64,000 nucleotides of DNA from an uncultured Pseudomonadota bacterium (GCA_903959175.1 CAJBVW010000293.1:2015-66014); one strand, 5' to 3'; positions 46,453 through 57,053 are shown, counted from the stretch's first letter. Notes: generated by a model from the letters alone, not told the origin. Numbers and translations are program-made.

Positions 46453-47109
46453 GTGCTGCTCCTCACCCTGCTTGCCTGCGCCTCCGAGTCCCCCGACGGC
46501 CCGTTCGCCCTCGCGTTCGACGGCGGGGAGGACTGTGTCGAGGTCGACGTCGCCGCGCTCGACGTGCCCACCTCCGCCTTCACGGTGGAGGCGTGGATCC
46601 GCGGCGAGCCCGCCCCCGCCGATCGCCCGCGCCCCGTCGTGTCGTGGAACGGGGTCTTCTCCCTCGGAGAGGCCTTCGGCGGCGACACCTCCTTCTCCGT
46701 CGGCGGCGCCGAGCCCGCCACCACCGTCGTCTCCGTGATGGACGGCGTGCTCCACCACCTCGCCGGCACCTGGGACGGCGAGACCGCGAGCCTCTACGTC
46801 GACGGCGTGCGGCAGGCCTTCGCGGACGGCGTCGTCCCCGTCGCGCCCACCGCCACGCTCCGCGTCGGCTGCGACAGCGAGGTCAACGCCTTCGAGGGGG
46901 TCCTGGACGAGGTGCGCATCTCGACGCGCGCCCGCTACACGGAGGACTTCGACCTCCCCTCCGGCCCCTTCGCGGACGACGTGGAGACCTTCGCCCTCTT
47001 CCACTTCGACGAGGGCGAAGGCGCCGAATCCTACGACAACGAGCGCGGGTACCTCGCCAACGTCTACGGCGTCGACTGGATCCCCTTCAAGATCGCGGAG
47101 ACCGAGTGA
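46453..47109 (+). CDS. LamG / concanavalin-A-like lectin-fold lipoprotein
   Basis: GTG at 46453 gives VLLLTLLAC. It has FTVEAWIR...HHLAGTWDGETASLYVDG...FEGVLDEVRIS, the Laminin_G_3 pattern. Confidence 0.65.
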   Translation: MLLLTLLACASESPDGPFALAFDGGEDCVEVDVAALDVPTSAFTVEAWIRGEPAPADRPRPVVSWNGVFSLGEAFGGDTSFSVGGAEPATTVVSVMDGVLHHLAGTWDGETASLYVDGVRQAFADGVVPVAPTATLRVGCDSEVNAFEGVLDEVRISTRARYTEDFDLPSGPFADDVETFALFHFDEGEGAESYDNERGYLANVYGVDWIPFKIAETE

Positions 47110-47606
47110 CCCTCCTCCTGCTCGCGCTCGCCTGCGCCACCGACCCGACGACCCCCGCGCCGACCGCGCTCGAAGTCGCCACGTCGGGGGCCGCGCGCCC
47201 GGCGGTGGACGTGCCCACCGTCCCCACCATGCTCGGAGACACGCCCGGCGTCGCCTTCCTCGGCGATTGGACCAGCGCGCCCTGCGAGGGGCGGGCCTTC
47301 TCGCGGAACCTCCGCTTCGAGAAGGAAAACGCCTACGCCGGCCGCGACCTCGTCTCTCCCTGCCCTCCGGGAACCGAGTGCGTCTGGTCGGGCATCGTCG
47401 CCTACGCCGGCATCTGGAAGCAGGAGGGGAACAAGCTCTACTTGCGCGAGATCGGCTCGCCCACCGCCGCCGGATCGCCGCACCCCACCGAGGTGATCTC
47501 CACCGTGGACGGCACGCTCCTTGAGAACGGGTGCACGTACACGCGCGGGCTGACCGTGCCGGACGGGTCGACCGAGGATCAGGCGCGGCCCCGGGTGCCG
47601 AAGTAG
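47106..47606 (+). CDS. Hypothetical lipoprotein (166 aa)
   Basis: The GTGA overlap with the upstream gene gives VTLLLLALAC. No recognisable domain. Confidence 0.5.
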   Translation: MTLLLLALACATDPTTPAPTALEVATSGAARPAVDVPTVPTMLGDTPGVAFLGDWTSAPCEGRAFSRNLRFEKENAYAGRDLVSPCPPGTECVWSGIVAYAGIWKQEGNKLYLREIGSPTAAGSPHPTEVISTVDGTLLENGCTYTRGLTVPDGSTEDQARPRVPK

Positions 47607-47607
47607 C

Positions 47608-48369
47608 TCAGGCCCGGCGTCGGAACTCGGCGAGCACCGCCGCGCCGATGGGCCCCGCGCCCGGCCCGGGGTACCCGTCGATCTGCACGACGGGGGCGAG
47701 CTCCTTGAGGGTGGAGCAGAGGTAGAGCTCCTCGCATGGACCGGCGGGGACGGGGTCCTCGCGCACGCCTACGCCGATCGCGCGCGCGGCCGCGAGCATG
47801 GCGTCGCGCGTCACGCCCTGGAGGATCCGCCCGTCGTCGGGCGGGGTGCAGAGGACGCCGCCGCGGACGACGAATACGTTGCTGCGGTTCGCCTCGGTCC
47901 ACACGCCGTCGGGCGCGATCCAGATCACCTCGTCCACGCCGGCCTGCCGCGCGGCGAGCACCCACGCCATGCGGCTGGTGTGCTTGATGCGGCCCGGGAG
48001 CCAGGGCGACGGCACCCACGGGCGCGTCACCACGCGGACGGGTGCGCCGGCACGGGAGAGGTCGAGATCTTCCGCGCGCACGATGCGCCGCCCGCCCCCC
48101 GTCAGGAGCACGTTGAGCTTGCTCTCCCCGGCGATGGCCGCCGCGGCGGTGCCGAGCTCGTCCCGGAGGAGATCGGCGAGCGCGTCCGACCACGGGATGC
48201 CGCAGAAGCGGGCGCTCGCGGCCAGACGTTCGAGGTGCGTGGCGACGCCGAAGGGGAGGCCCCCGTAGGTGCGGAGGGTCTCGAACACGGCCATGCCGAG
48301 AGTCAGCCCGGGGTCGTCGAGGGGGAGTAGCCCGCGGCCGTCGGCGCAGGGGTGGCCGTCCAGGAGCAC
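47608..48369 (-). CDS. Class IV (fold type IV) aminotransferase / aminodeoxychorismate lyase-like
   Basis: It has GMAVFETLRTY, HLERLAASA and ILQGVTRD blocks. Length is 253 aa. Confidence 0.75.
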   Translation of the reverse strand: MLLDGHPCADGRGLLPLDDPGLTLGMAVFETLRTYGGLPFGVATHLERLAASARFCGIPWSDALADLLRDELGTAAAAIAGESKLNVLLTGGGRRIVRAEDLDLSRAGAPVRVVTRPWVPSPWLPGRIKHTSRMAWVLAARQAGVDEVIWIAPDGVWTEANRSNVFVVRGGVLCTPPDDGRILQGVTRDAMLAAARAIGVGVREDPVPAGPCEELYLCSTLKELAPVVQIDGYPGPGAGPIGAAVLAEFRRRA

Positions 48370-48404
48370 GAAGGGAGGCAGCGGTTCTTCTCTCTTTCGC
48401 GAAG

Positions 48405-48664
48405 ATGAATATCGTGTTGGCCCAGGAGGGCGAGCGGCTTCTTCTCGCGTGCTGGTTCGATTCGGTGCGCGTCGCGCCCACGGCGCGAACCCCGTTCCTG
48501 GTCATCCACGCTACCGACGACAAGGACGTGCGCTTCGCGCCGAGCGAAGCCCTGGTGGCCGTCTGGCCTGGCGCCCCCTCCACCCCACCGAGAAGCTCGG
48601 CCACAAGCGGATCGTGGACGACGGTGCGGTGCTCGCACGCACGGTTTCGTTCATTATCGCGTGA
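48405..48664 (+). pseudogene. Frameshifted 3' remnant of an alpha/beta-hydrolase gene
   Basis: Frame A reads ...TPFLVIHATDDKDVRFAPSEALVAVWPGA. After the C5 run at 48574-48578, frame B reads PLHPTEKLGHKRIVDDGAVLARTVSFIIA*. Together these resemble the Asp/His tail of an alpha/beta hydrolase. No nucleophile-elbow region lies upstream. Confidence 0.45.
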
Positions 48665-48730
48665 CGATGCATGGGCCCGGCGGCGGTGGCCCGGACGCCC
48701 GGTTTCGGTTAGACGGCGCCTCACCCTGAG

Positions 48731-50062
48731 GTGCCCGTGTCCCGCCGTCCGGTCCTGCGAACCGAGCTTCCTGGGCCCATTGCCCGGGAAATCCTTAAAG
48801 GAAGCAACGGCGCCGTGTCGCCTTCCTACACGCGGGATCACCCGTTGGTCGCCGATCGGGCTGCCGGCGTGTGGATCACCGATCCGGACGGGAACGAGGT
48901 CCTCGACATGTCGGCGGGCATCGCCGTCACGAGCACCGGCCACTGCCACCCCGTCGTCGTCAAGGCGATCCAGGATCAGGCCGCCCGCCTCATCCACATG
49001 AGCGGCACCGACTTCTACTACCCGAGCCAGGCCAAGCTCGCGGGCCGCCTCGTCGCGATGCAGCCGGTGACCGGCGAGAAGTGCCGGGTGTACTTTGGGA
49101 ACTCGGGCGCCGAGGCCAACGAGGCCGCGATGAAGCTCGCCCGGTACTACACCGGCCGCACCCAGTTCATCGCCTTCCTCGACAGCTTCCACGGCCGCAC
49201 GTACGGCGCGATGTCGCTCACGGCGTCGAAGGCCCGCCAGCGCGAGGGCTTCGGGCCCTTCCTCCCGGTCACGCACTCGCTCTACCCGGATCCGTACCGG
49301 CTCGGCACGCGCGCCACGTCGCTCGCGATGGACCACCTGGAGATGCTCTTCCGCACGATCACCCCCGCGTCCGACGTGGCGGCGATCTTCGTGGAGCCGG
49401 TCCAGGGCGAGGGCGGCTACATCGTCCCCCCCGGCGACTTCCTGCCGAAGCTCCGCGAGCTCTGCGACAAGCACGGCATCCTGCTCGTCTTCGACGAGGT
49501 GCAGTGCGGCATGGGCCGCACCGGCAAGATGTTCGCGTGGGAGCACACCGGGGTGAAGCCGGACATCATCACGCTCGCCAAGGGCATCGCCTCCGGCATG
49601 CCGCTCTCCGCGACCATCGCGAGCGAGACCATCATGACGTGGAAGCCGGGGGCGCACGCCAGCACCTTCGGCGGCAACCCGGTCGCCTGCGCGGCCGCGA
49701 ACGCCACGCTCGACCTCCTCGAGGGCGGGCTGGTCGAGAACAGCGCGCGGATCGGGGAGTTCCTCAAGGCCGAGCTCGTGCGCCGCGTCGGGGACCACCC
49801 GAACGTCGGCGACATCCGCGGGCAGGGCCTCATGATCGGCGTCGAGCTCGTGAAGGACCGCACCACGCGGGAGCGCGCGATCGACCTGCGGAACGACCTC
49901 GTCATGGACGCCTTCCTCAAGCACGGCATGGTCATCCTCGGCTGCGGCCAGAACACCATCCGCTTCTGTCCCGGTCTCGTCCTCACCGAGGAGGAGGCGG
50001 TCGTCGCCGCCGACCTCTTCACCCGTTCCCTGAACAGCCTCACGGGAGTTGCCAATGCGTAA
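48731..50062 (+). CDS. Class III pyridoxal-phosphate aminotransferase (GabT / omega-amino acid type)
   Basis: It has GIAVTSTGHCHP, FGNSGAEANEAA, DEVQCGMGRTGKMFA and STFGGNP blocks. Confidence 0.85.
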   Translation: MPVSRRPVLRTELPGPIAREILKGSNGAVSPSYTRDHPLVADRAAGVWITDPDGNEVLDMSAGIAVTSTGHCHPVVVKAIQDQAARLIHMSGTDFYYPSQAKLAGRLVAMQPVTGEKCRVYFGNSGAEANEAAMKLARYYTGRTQFIAFLDSFHGRTYGAMSLTASKARQREGFGPFLPVTHSLYPDPYRLGTRATSLAMDHLEMLFRTITPASDVAAIFVEPVQGEGGYIVPPGDFLPKLRELCDKHGILLVFDEVQCGMGRTGKMFAWEHTGVKPDIITLAKGIASGMPLSATIASETIMTWKPGAHASTFGGNPVACAAANATLDLLEGGLVENSARIGEFLKAELVRRVGDHPNVGDIRGQGLMIGVELVKDRTTRERAIDLRNDLVMDAFLKHGMVILGCGQNTIRFCPGLVLTEEEAVVAADLFTRSLNSLTGVANA

Positions 50063-51221
50063 GTTCGACGGCGTCGACCTCTACAACATCGACAGCCTCT
50101 TCTCTGAAGACGAGCGCATGGTGCGCGACGCCGTGCGCGGCTGGGTCGATGACAACGTCATCCCCGTCATCGAGGGGCACTGCCGGGACGGCACGTTCCC
50201 GATGCACCTCGTCGCCCAGATGGGCGAGATGGGGCTGCTGGGCGTGAACCTCAAGGGCTACGGCTGCCCGGGCATGAGCAACGTGGCCTACGGCCTCGTG
50301 GCGCAGGAGCTCGAGCGCGGTGACTCCGGCATCCGGAGCTTCGCCAGCGTCCAGACCAGCCTCTGCATGTACCCGATCCACGCGTTCGGGACGGAAGAGC
50401 AGAAGAACAAGTACCTGCCCGGCATGGCGGCGGGCAAGCTCATCGGCTGCTTCGGCCTCACCGAGCCCGACTACGGCAGCAACCCCGGCGGCATGGTCAC
50501 GCGCGCGGTCGACGACGGCGACAGCTACGTCCTCAACGGCGCCAAGATGTGGATCACCAACGGCACGATCGCCAACCTCGCGATCGTGTGGGCCAAGCTC
50601 GACGGCGTGATCCGCGGCTTCATCGTGGAGAAGGGCGATCCCGGCTTCTCGGCCCCCGAGATGAAGGGCAAGCACTCGCTCAAGGCCTCGGTCACCAGCG
50701 AGCTCGTCTTCCTCGACTGCCGCATCCCGAAGGACCGCATCCTCCCCGGCGTCTCCGGGCTCAAGGGGCCGTTCTCCTGCCTCAACAACGCGCGCTTCGG
50801 CATCTCCTGGGGCGCCATCGGCGCGGCCATGGCGTGCTTCCACAGCGCCCGCGAGTACAGCCTCTCCCGCATCCAGTTCGGGAAGCCCATCGCCAGCTTC
50901 CAGCTCGTCCAGAACAAGCTGGCGTGGATGCTCCGCGAGATCACCAAGGCGCAGCTGCTCTCCCTGCAGCTCGGCCGCCTGAAGGACGCCGGCACCATCA
51001 TCCCCGAGCAGATCTCGCTCGCGAAGATGAACAACGTCGACATCGCCCTGCAGATCGCGCGCGAGGCCCGTGACATCCACGGCGCCAACGGCATCCTCGA
51101 CGAGTACCCGGTGATGCGCCACATGGCGAACCTCGAGTCGGTCAAGACCTACGAGGGCACCCACGACATCCACAACCTCATCCTGGGGCGCTGGATCACC
51201 GGGATCCAGGCCTTCGAGTAG
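50055..51221 (+). CDS. gcdH: Glutaryl-CoA dehydrogenase
   Basis: ATG at 50055 overlaps the aminotransferase gene by 8 nt. It has GCFGLTEPDYGSNPGGM and YEGTHDIH, and is GCDH-like throughout. Confidence 0.8.
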   Translation: MRKFDGVDLYNIDSLFSEDERMVRDAVRGWVDDNVIPVIEGHCRDGTFPMHLVAQMGEMGLLGVNLKGYGCPGMSNVAYGLVAQELERGDSGIRSFASVQTSLCMYPIHAFGTEEQKNKYLPGMAAGKLIGCFGLTEPDYGSNPGGMVTRAVDDGDSYVLNGAKMWITNGTIANLAIVWAKLDGVIRGFIVEKGDPGFSAPEMKGKHSLKASVTSELVFLDCRIPKDRILPGVSGLKGPFSCLNNARFGISWGAIGAAMACFHSAREYSLSRIQFGKPIASFQLVQNKLAWMLREITKAQLLSLQLGRLKDAGTIIPEQISLAKMNNVDIALQIAREARDIHGANGILDEYPVMRHMANLESVKTYEGTHDIHNLILGRWITGIQAFE

Positions 51222-51275
51222 GGAGCCGCGCGGGGCGGGGGGGCGCACGCACGGAGCGGCGCCCTCCGGCCTCGG

Positions 51276-52073
51276 CTAGCGCTTCATTCGGTAGCGGAAC
51301 GTGTAGGTGTCGCCGTTCTTCCGGGTCAGCTCGACCCGGAGGTTCTCCTCGTTCCGCAGGAAGAGGTAGGCGCCCACGGCGTCCGCGAGCGTCGCCACGC
51401 GTCGGCCGTTGATGGTATTGACGATGTCGCCGTGGCGGATGCCCGCCTGGCGCAGCACGCTGCAGCGAGGGAGGAACACGCGGGCGCCGTCCGGCTTGCC
51501 GTCGGCGCCGTAGTGCGTCGCGACACCGACCTGCTTCTCCAGCTCCTTGAGGTGGACGGCGTAGTAGTCCACCACGTCCCGCTCCACCCGCCACTTGTCC
51601 TCGCCGATCGAAGTGATCTCGTCGATGGGCTCGCAGGGCTTGCGCTCGCCGCGCGGGCGGCGCCCCTGAACGCCCATGCGCGCGGCGGCCGTGCTCTGGG
51701 TGGCGGTGGCGTCGCCGTCGGACGCCCCCTTGGCGTTGGGCGTGGCCGGCTTGGCCGAGGGGGCCGGGCCGGGAGCGGGCCCCGCGACCACCTCCGCCAC
51801 CACTGCGGTCTGGACGGGGGCCTCAACGTACATCGAGATCTGCACCGGCTCGGGCTCGCCGAGGGGGACCTCCCCGCCGTCGTTCCCGGCCTGCCCCTCC
51901 TCCGTCCCCTCGTCGCCCGGCGTCTCCTCCGGCGGCGACGCGTTCAGCCACCATAGGAGCAGGAGCGGCGCGGCCAGCACGAGGTGGAGGACCGTGCTGA
52001 ACGCCAGTGACAACCCTCCCTTGACGAGGGGCCAGAGCAGGGCGGTCACGGTACGGGCAGGCCGCAGGGCCAC
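51276..52073 (-). CDS. Membrane-anchored PDZ-domain protein, GspC-like
   Basis: It has an N-terminal TM helix, an acidic/Pro-rich linker, and a C-terminal PDZ-like block AGIRHGDIVNTINGRRV...LRVELTRKG. Confidence 0.5.
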   Translation of the reverse strand: MALRPARTVTALLWPLVKGGLSLAFSTVLHLVLAAPLLLLWWLNASPPEETPGDEGTEEGQAGNDGGEVPLGEPEPVQISMYVEAPVQTAVVAEVVAGPAPGPAPSAKPATPNAKGASDGDATATQSTAAARMGVQGRRPRGERKPCEPIDEITSIGEDKWRVERDVVDYYAVHLKELEKQVGVATHYGADGKPDGARVFLPRCSVLRQAGIRHGDIVNTINGRRVATLADAVGAYLFLRNEENLRVELTRKNGDTYTFRYRMKR

Positions 52074-52164
52074 GGAGCTCCGAGAAGCGAGGGTGCCCGC
52101 TGGCCTTAGCTCACCGGACGGACGGGAGCCCGGCCGGTGCGTGAACGGAGTGCCCTCCGCGCGC

Positions 52165-52812
52165 TCAGGTCTCGTCGTACCCGGGGCCGGTGGGGCGCCG
52201 ACGCACGAGGACGCGCGCCGGAGGCATGTTCAGCAGCACGTCGTGCCTTCCGACGACCAGCGGGGCGAGGCGCTCCTCGAGCTCCATGAGCTGGCGGGCG
52301 CGCTTGCGGTCCTTCGGGGGGCCGAACATCCGGATGACCTCCCGCCCGAGGATGTGGTGGAACATGATCAGGGTGCCGCCCGGCTCGAGGAGCTCGAAGA
52401 ACCGGGCGTAGATCGCCTCGGAGAGCTCGGCGGGGAAGTTGGCGAGGGGCAGGCCGCTCACGATGTGGTGGTAGCGGAAGCCGGGGTCGAACTTCAAGAT
52501 GTCGGCGTTGTGGATGATGGGGGTCACCGGCGTGGCGCCGGCGAAGCGCGCGTTCAGCGTCGTGCAGAACGTGGCGTTCAGCTCGACCACGTCCAGGTGA
52601 TCGCCGGGGAGCAGCCGCTGCGTGAGCTCGGCCGTGACGGGGCCGACGCCCGCGCCGACCTCGAGCACGCGGAGCGGACCCTGGGCGCCGCCGATCACGG
52701 GGCGCACCATCGCCTCGCAGAGGCTCCGGCTCGAGGGCCACACCGCGCCGACCGTGTTGCCGTTTCGAAAGCCCTGGGACAGGAACTTCAAGCTATCGAG
52801 TACGGCCGACAT
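52165..52812 (-). CDS. Class I SAM-dependent methyltransferase, COG3963 (phospholipid N-methyltransferase-like)
   Basis: ATG (cat at 52810-52812). It has TVGAVWPSSRSLCEAM followed by motif I, LEVGAGVGPVT. Confidence 0.65.
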   Translation of the reverse strand: MSAVLDSLKFLSQGFRNGNTVGAVWPSSRSLCEAMVRPVIGGAQGPLRVLEVGAGVGPVTAELTQRLLPGDHLDVVELNATFCTTLNARFAGATPVTPIIHNADILKFDPGFRYHHIVSGLPLANFPAELSEAIYARFFELLEPGGTLIMFHHILGREVIRMFGPPKDRKRARQLMELEERLAPLVVGRHDVLLNMPPARVLVRRRPTGPGYDET

Positions 52813-52915
52813 GACATATCCGTGACGTAGCTGCACGTACCGCGTTCGCGACTACTGCGCAGGGTGCGGAGGCCCCGCGTGGCAGAACGTCACCACGCGG
52901 GGGCTCCTCGGCCAC

Positions 52916-54739
<1,824 letters not shown>

Positions 54740-54754
54740 GAGGAACCTCGCTTG

Positions 54755-54774
54755 CTGAATGAACAGTCATTCAG
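54755..54774. promoter_or_regulatory. Perfect AT-rich palindrome CTGAATGA-ACAG-TCATTCAG; candidate repressor operator for the acyl-CoA dehydrogenase gene
   Basis: Read directly. It lies 16-35 nt upstream of the ATG at 54739, just beyond the GAGG Shine-Dalgarno sequence. It stands out in a very GC-rich region. Confidence 0.5.
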
Positions 54775-54884
54775 TCTAAGGCGTCGCGTCCGCGAGGGCA
54801 AGGACATGCGGGGGGACGTCTTCTCAGGGCATGATCGGAGTGGACGCCCGGCTCCGGGGGCTTCCCTTGTACAACGGAGGTCAT

Positions 54885-55685
54885 GTGATCCTGGGCTTGT
54901 TGACGTTTCTCGCCTGCGATGGAGAGTCGGTCCACGGCGGGCCTCTCCGGACGGACGAGGCGGTCCAGGCCCTGTCCGTGGACATGACTGCGCGGGTCAC
55001 CGCCCCCGGTGCCCCGGCCGCCTGGACGGCGCGGGCCGTGTGGGAGGGCCCCACCGCGCCGCGGCCGCTCCCCGTCGGCGTGTGCCGCCACCCCACCGAC
55101 GCACCGCCCGTGGGCCCCGTCGGCGCCGAGTCCCTCGACATCGCGGGCTCGGCCGAAGCCTCGCTCGTCTTCGATCCCGAGCGTGGCGCCTGGGAGGCGC
55201 TCGGGCCGCGGCGCGTGCTCGACCCCGCGTGGAGCGTGGCCGACGTCGCCTGGGTGGACGCAGGCGGCCTCCGGCACCGCGCCGAGGACGTGGTCCGCTT
55301 CGGCGGTCTCCCCGACATCATCCGCGTGGAGCGCGATCGTGAGGGCGCCGTCACCGTGGGCTGGGACCCCGAGACCGTCGGCGCGACCGAGGTCCGCGTC
55401 AGCGGGCCGGCCGGGGCCCTCGTGTGCGGCACCGGGCCGGACGGGACGACGTTGCCGTGGTGGGTGGTGCCCGCGTACGGGGGCGAGGTGGTGCTGGAGA
55501 GCGTGTGGGAGAACAGCGCCCTCGTGGACGGCGTGCTGGTGCGCGTGCGGACCCGGCTCCAGCGGGTCATCCCCCTCGACCGGCCGAACGGCACGACCGC
55601 CGAGGAGAAGGAGCCGCGGTTCCGGCCCTACACCCCCCAGGGCCCCGTGCGGTTGGTCCGCCCGGCGAAGCACCCGGTCGGCTGA
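54885..55685 (+). CDS. Hypothetical lipoprotein
   Basis: GTG at 54885 has ACGGAGG upstream and gives VILGLLTFLAC. No recognisable domain. Confidence 0.5.
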   Translation: MILGLLTFLACDGESVHGGPLRTDEAVQALSVDMTARVTAPGAPAAWTARAVWEGPTAPRPLPVGVCRHPTDAPPVGPVGAESLDIAGSAEASLVFDPERGAWEALGPRRVLDPAWSVADVAWVDAGGLRHRAEDVVRFGGLPDIIRVERDREGAVTVGWDPETVGATEVRVSGPAGALVCGTGPDGTTLPWWVVPAYGGEVVLESVWENSALVDGVLVRVRTRLQRVIPLDRPNGTTAEEKEPRFRPYTPQGPVRLVRPAKHPVG

Positions 55686-55700
55686 TCGCGGCTCGCCCGC

Positions 55701-57053
55701 CTACGACACGCCCATCAGCACCTCGCTGAGCGTGCGCGCCCCGTAGAGCTTGAGGCCCGCTCCCTCCCCGTCCACCGAGGCGGGCACGCGCGCGCGCCGG
55801 AAGCCGTGGCGCCCGGCCTCTCGCAGCCGGAGCAGGGGCGAGCTCACGCCGCGCAGCTCTCCGACCAGGCCGACCTCTCCGAACACGAGCAGATCGGGCT
55901 CCACGGGCCGGTCGAGCGCGCTCGAGTGGAGCGCGACGGCGATCGCGAGGTCTGCCGCGGGCTCCTGCACGCGCACGCCGCCGGCGACGCTCACGAACAC
56001 GTCCCGGTCGGACAGATCGAGGCCCGTCTTCCCGAGGACCGCGAGGAGCATGGCGAGCCGCCCGCGGTCGATCCCCACGGCGGTGCGCGCCGGGTTGCCC
56101 TGGGTGGGCCGGCCCACCAGCGCCTGTACCTCGACCAGGAGCGGCCGGTTGCCCTCCATCGTGCAGGTGACCACCGTGCCGGCGGCCCCGAGCGCGCGCT
56201 CTTTCAGCAGGCGGGCGGACGCGTCGGGCACCTCCGCGAGGCCCTCCTCCCGCATCTCGAACATGCCGATCTCGCCGGTGGATCCAAACCGGTTCTTGGT
56301 CGCCCGCAGGATCCGCAGCGCCGTGGAGCCGTCTCCCTCGAAGTAGAGCACCGTGTCCACGAGGTGCTCGAGCGCGCGCGGCCCGGCGAGGTTGCCGTCC
56401 TTCGTGACGTGCCCGACGAGGAAGGTCGCGATGTCCCGCCCTTTCGCGATCTGCATCGCCTTGGCGGCCACCTGGCGCACCTGCGAGATCGAGCCGGGGA
56501 CGCTGTCCAGCTCGGGCTCCTGGATGGTCTGCACCGAGTCGAGCACGAGCACCCGCGGCTTCACGTCCTCGATGGCCGCGTTCACCGCGTCGAGCCCGGT
56601 CTCCGCGAGCAGGTACAGCTCGTCTCCGCTGACGCCGAGGCGATCCGCGCGCAGCCGCACCTGCCGCGCCGACTCCTCCGCGCTGACGTAGAGCACGCGG
56701 ATGCCCTTGCGCGCGAAGGCCTGCATCGCCATGAGCAGCAACGTCGACTTGCCGACCCCCGGGTCCCCGCCGAGGAGCGTGAGCGCCCCGGTCACGAGCC
56801 CGCCGCCGAGCACGCGGTCGAGCTCGCCGATGCCGATGCGCAGCCGGACCTCCCCCCCGTCTCCCATCGCGACGCTCGAGAGGGGCCGGGCCTTGGAGGC
56901 GGGCGCGCCCGTACGCGCGGCGCTGCGCGGGGCGGAGGACGTCCCCTGCTCCACGAGCGTGTTCCACTCGCCGCACCCAGGGCACTTGCCCATCCAGGTC
57001 TGCGCGATGTGCGCGCATTGCTGGCAGACGTAGACGTTCCGGACCTTGGCCAT
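55701..57053 (-). CDS. radA: DNA repair protein RadA/Sms
   Basis: It has the Zn ribbon CQQC...CPGCGEWNT, Walker A GDPGVGKST, KNRFG, and a Lon-like C-terminus. Confidence 0.9.
   Translation of the reverse strand: MAKVRNVYVCQQCAHIAQTWMGKCPGCGEWNTLVEQGTSSAPRSAARTGAPASKARPLSSVAMGDGGEVRLRIGIGELDRVLGGGLVTGALTLLGGDPGVGKSTLLLMAMQAFARKGIRVLYVSAEESARQVRLRADRLGVSGDELYLLAETGLDAVNAAIEDVKPRVLVLDSVQTIQEPELDSVPGSISQVRQVAAKAMQIAKGRDIATFLVGHVTKDGNLAGPRALEHLVDTVLYFEGDGSTALRILRATKNRFGSTGEIGMFEMREEGLAEVPDASARLLKERALGAAGTVVTCTMEGNRPLLVEVQALVGRPTQGNPARTAVGIDRGRLAMLLAVLGKTGLDLSDRDVFVSVAGGVRVQEPAADLAIAVALHSSALDRPVEPDLLVFGEVGLVGELRGVSSPLLRLREAGRHGFRRARVPASVDGEGAGLKLYGARTLSEVLMGVS

Noticed and set aside
48440-48470. 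tRNA-like T-loop string GGTTCGATTCG
   Set aside because: The flanking bases do not form a T-stem (only the G53-C61 pair fits), and no acceptor or anticodon arms can be drawn. The stretch is better explained as part of the hydrolase pseudogene.
40852-49924. Long minus-strand ORFs 40852..42525, 43743..45626 and 47579..49924
   Set aside because: Each lies opposite a motif-supported plus-strand gene (the MCE gene, the TPR gene, the class III aminotransferase gene). These are shadow ORFs.
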